A stretch of 52,351 nt of DNA from Alphaproteobacteria bacterium. GTDB lineage: Bacteria; Pseudomonadota; Alphaproteobacteria; JANQMY01. Within the stretch, counting starts at the first letter, position 1. Each line of letters begins with the position of its first letter. This document shows, piece by piece, positions 50,129 through 52,351 of this stretch. Under the pieces are notes generated by a model. It was not told where the DNA came from, did not search any database, and was given only the letters and a program-made list of their open reading frames with translations. A program made the position numbers and the translations under genes. The stretch covers positions 1 through 52,351 of the forward strand of contig JANQMY010000357.1 in NCBI GenBank assembly GCA_028279895.1, given 5' to 3'.

Positions 50129-50752
50129 ATGCCGTCTTTGAGAGAGGTTTCATCATCCATACGCGGCGCTTGGCTGTTGTTCGTCATGGACCCGCGCGGC
50201 ATGAAGCAGTTCAACCTGTCGGGCAGCGGTTTTTGGAATTCTTTCTTCGCGGCCGTGATCTTGGCGCCCATTTACGTGTTTGTGCTGCTGGCTCAATACC
50301 GGCTCAATCAAGAAGTGCAGCGCATCGAACTGGAAGAAAATCCGGACGGTGCCAACCTCATTCAGATTCCCGAATTGAGCGACTATCTTCTGGCCCAAGG
50401 CATTGCCTATGTGGCCATGTGGGCCGTGTTTCCGATCGTGATGTTATGGGCCACACGGATCATCAACGTTCAGGACAAATACATTCCCTTTGTGGTGGCC
50501 TATAATTGGTCGGCGGTTGCCGTCTTAACAATCCAATTGCCGCCGTTTGCGCTCTATTATTTCGGACTGGTCGGAATTGTCGGTGCCATCGCGCCGCTGC
50601 TGTCGATCATGCTGGTGATCATGATCTACCGCTGGTATGTGGTCTATGCCGCCCTAAACCTGCCGGCTATGGCGTGCCTGGGCTTCGTAACGCTGGACTT
50701 CGTGATCAGCGTGATCATTCAAATCGGCGCCAGCGCGGTGCTCACCGCGTAA
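50129..50752 (+). CDS. conserved membrane protein
   Basis: [12 protein letters not shown], several TMs; follows dapE. Confidence 0.8.
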   Translation: MPSLREVSSSIRGAWLLFVMDPRGMKQFNLSGSGFWNSFFAAVILAPIYVFVLLAQYRLNQEVQRIELEENPDGANLIQIPELSDYLLAQGIAYVAMWAVFPIVMLWATRIINVQDKYIPFVVAYNWSAVAVLTIQLPPFALYYFGLVGIVGAIAPLLSIMLVIMIYRWYVVYAALNLPAMACLGFVTLDFVISVIIQIGASAVLTA

Positions 50753-51497
50753 CCGCTTCGTCGTAATCGACCGCCACCAGAAATAAACCTTCAGCAGGCG
50801 CGATGGGCCCGCAGGCTTTGCGATCCTTCGCCTCGAGAATCTTCGCGATTTTCACCGCCGGCCATTTACCGATTCCCACCATTTTGAGACTGCCGACGAT
50901 GGAGCGCACTTGATGGTGCAGAAATGACAGGGCGCTCACGGAAACCTCCACCGTCGTGCCTGCCCGGCGAACGGAAATCCTGTCGAGCGTCCGAAGCGGA
51001 GACTTGGCTTGGCATTGGCTGGCACGGAATGTCGTGAAATCGTGGTGCCCGACCAAATGCTGGGCCGCTTCATGCATCGCGTCCGCATCGAGCGGCTGGG
51101 GCACATGCCATGCATGCCCCCGGTCGATTGCCAACGGGGCCCGGCGGTTTTCGATCACGTAGCGGTAATGACGGCCGGTGGCGGAAAACCTGGCCTCGAA
51201 GCTTTCCGGCACCGCTTCGGCCTGCAAGATCGCCACCGGTTGCGGTTTCAAGTGGAAGTTCACCGCGTCGCGAATCTTATCGGCCAACTGCTCCGTAGGC
51301 AAATCGAAATGCGCAACTTGACCTAGGGCGTGAACGCCCGAATCCGTCCGCCCCGCCGCCTGCAGCGTGACGTGCTCGCCGCAGAATTTCTCGATGGCGT
51401 TCTCGATCGCTTCTTGCACGGATAGGCCAGTAGCCTGGCGTTGCCATCCGACAAACGGACCGCCGTCATATTCGATGGTGATTTTGTACCTAGGCAT
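50742..51497 (-). CDS. truA: tRNA pseudouridine(38-40) synthase
   Basis: [29 protein letters not shown]. Confidence 0.96.
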   Translation of the reverse strand: MPRYKITIEYDGGPFVGWQRQATGLSVQEAIENAIEKFCGEHVTLQAAGRTDSGVHALGQVAHFDLPTEQLADKIRDAVNFHLKPQPVAILQAEAVPESFEARFSATGRHYRYVIENRRAPLAIDRGHAWHVPQPLDADAMHEAAQHLVGHHDFTTFRASQCQAKSPLRTLDRISVRRAGTTVEVSVSALSFLHHQVRSIVGSLKMVGIGKWPAVKIAKILEAKDRKACGPIAPAEGLFLVAVDYDEAVTR

Positions 51498-52351
51498 CGG
51501 ACGACAAGGGCAGTTGTGTTCCCTTCGGGATGGCAAAGCCGCGCAAAAACTCTTGGGTATCCGACGGCGCCTTGCCTTCCCGCTGCACGCGGCGGATCGA
51601 CAATGTACCGCTCCCGCAGGCGACCGTCAGCGTATCGTCAAGCACCGTCCCCGGCGCAGCACTATTCTCATTACCGGGCACAGCCTCCAATACCTTTACA
51701 CGTTTACCCGCCACTTCGAACCAAGCGCCCGGCGCCGGCAACAAGCCGCGGATTTCGCAGTCGAGCTGCGCCGCCGGCTTCGACCAATCGATCCGTGCTT
51801 CGGCCTTGGAGATCTTCTCCGCATAGGTCACGCCCGCGTCACCTTGCGGTGTCGGCGCAAGACCGCCACGTTCAAGGGCTGCAAGTGCCCGCACCATGAG
51901 CGACGCGCCCACATGGGATAACGTGTCGTGCAATGCACCGGCGGTCGTGGCCGGGCCGATCGGTGTGCGCTCGGCGAGCAGGACAGGGCCGGTATCAAGA
52001 CCGCGCTCCATTTGCATGATCATCACACCGGTTTCTTTGTCGCCGGCCATAATCGCCCGCTGAATGGGCGCCGCCCCCCGCCATCGCGGCAACAACGAAG
52101 CGTGGAGGTTCAGACAGCCAAGGCGAGGCGCGTCGAGAATTCGTTTGGGAAGAATGAGTCCGTACGCCACCACCACCGCCACATCCAGAGACAGCGCTTC
52201 AAACTTTTCTTTTTCCTCGTCAGGCTTGAAGTTGACCGGCGTCCGCACGTCAAGGCCCGCCTGCTCCGCAAAGGCATGCACGGGCGATAGGTTTTGCTTT
52301 TGACCCCGCCCCGATTTGCGCGGCGGCTGCGTGTAGACCGCCGCCACCTCA
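51490..52351 (-). CDS. fmt: methionyl-tRNA formyltransferase (5' end outside window)
   Basis: [39 protein letters not shown]. Confidence 0.96.
   Translation of the reverse strand, partial: EVAAVYTQPPRKSGRGQKQNLSPVHAFAEQAGLDVRTPVNFKPDEEKEKFEALSLDVAVVVAYGLILPKRILDAPRLGCLNLHASLLPRWRGAAPIQRAIMAGDKETGVMIMQMERGLDTGPVLLAERTPIGPATTAGALHDTLSHVGASLMVRALAALERGGLAPTPQGDAGVTYAEKISKAEARIDWSKPAAQLDCEIRGLLPAPGAWFEVAGKRVKVLEAVPGNENSAAPGTVLDDTLTVACGSGTLSIRRVQREGKAPSDTQEFLRGFAIPKGTQLPLSSDA

Noticed and set aside
1-52351. CRISPR array, retron/reverse transcriptase, prophage structural genes
   Set aside because: No regularly spaced repeats, no RT (YADD-type) gene, and no capsid, terminase or tail genes recognised.

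Overview
Alphaproteobacterial chromosome window in two parts. Left (about 1-23,640; visibly more AT-rich) is an accessory island region integrated at the 3' end of a minus-strand tRNA-Arg(ACG) (23631-23707). It is an integrative mobilizable element with a large serine recombinase (LSR), MobC, a relaxase, a putative oriT and a VirD4 coupling protein, but no mating-pore genes. Cargo looks largely defensive or toxic: Fic, a PycTM-like effector facing a 1126-aa PRTase/cyclase-like protein, an orphan PemK/MazF followed by a predicted small RNA, ParB-like plus HEPN proteins, and a GIY-YIG nuclease. The LSR frame runs through the att core. Two att copies on the left (176 and 1536) each encode, in the same register, a homologous alternative C-terminal peptide, so excision would swap the integrase tail. 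An IS481-family end sits at the window start. Right (about 23.7-52.3 kb) is ordinary GC-rich core genome: DASS transporter, P1 peptidase, ggt, glk-otsA-GH15-otsB, parA-like, histidine kinase, rpmH-rnpA-yidD-yidC-yihA-argB, dapD-dapE, truA and fmt. All family calls come from reading motifs by eye; no searches were run.
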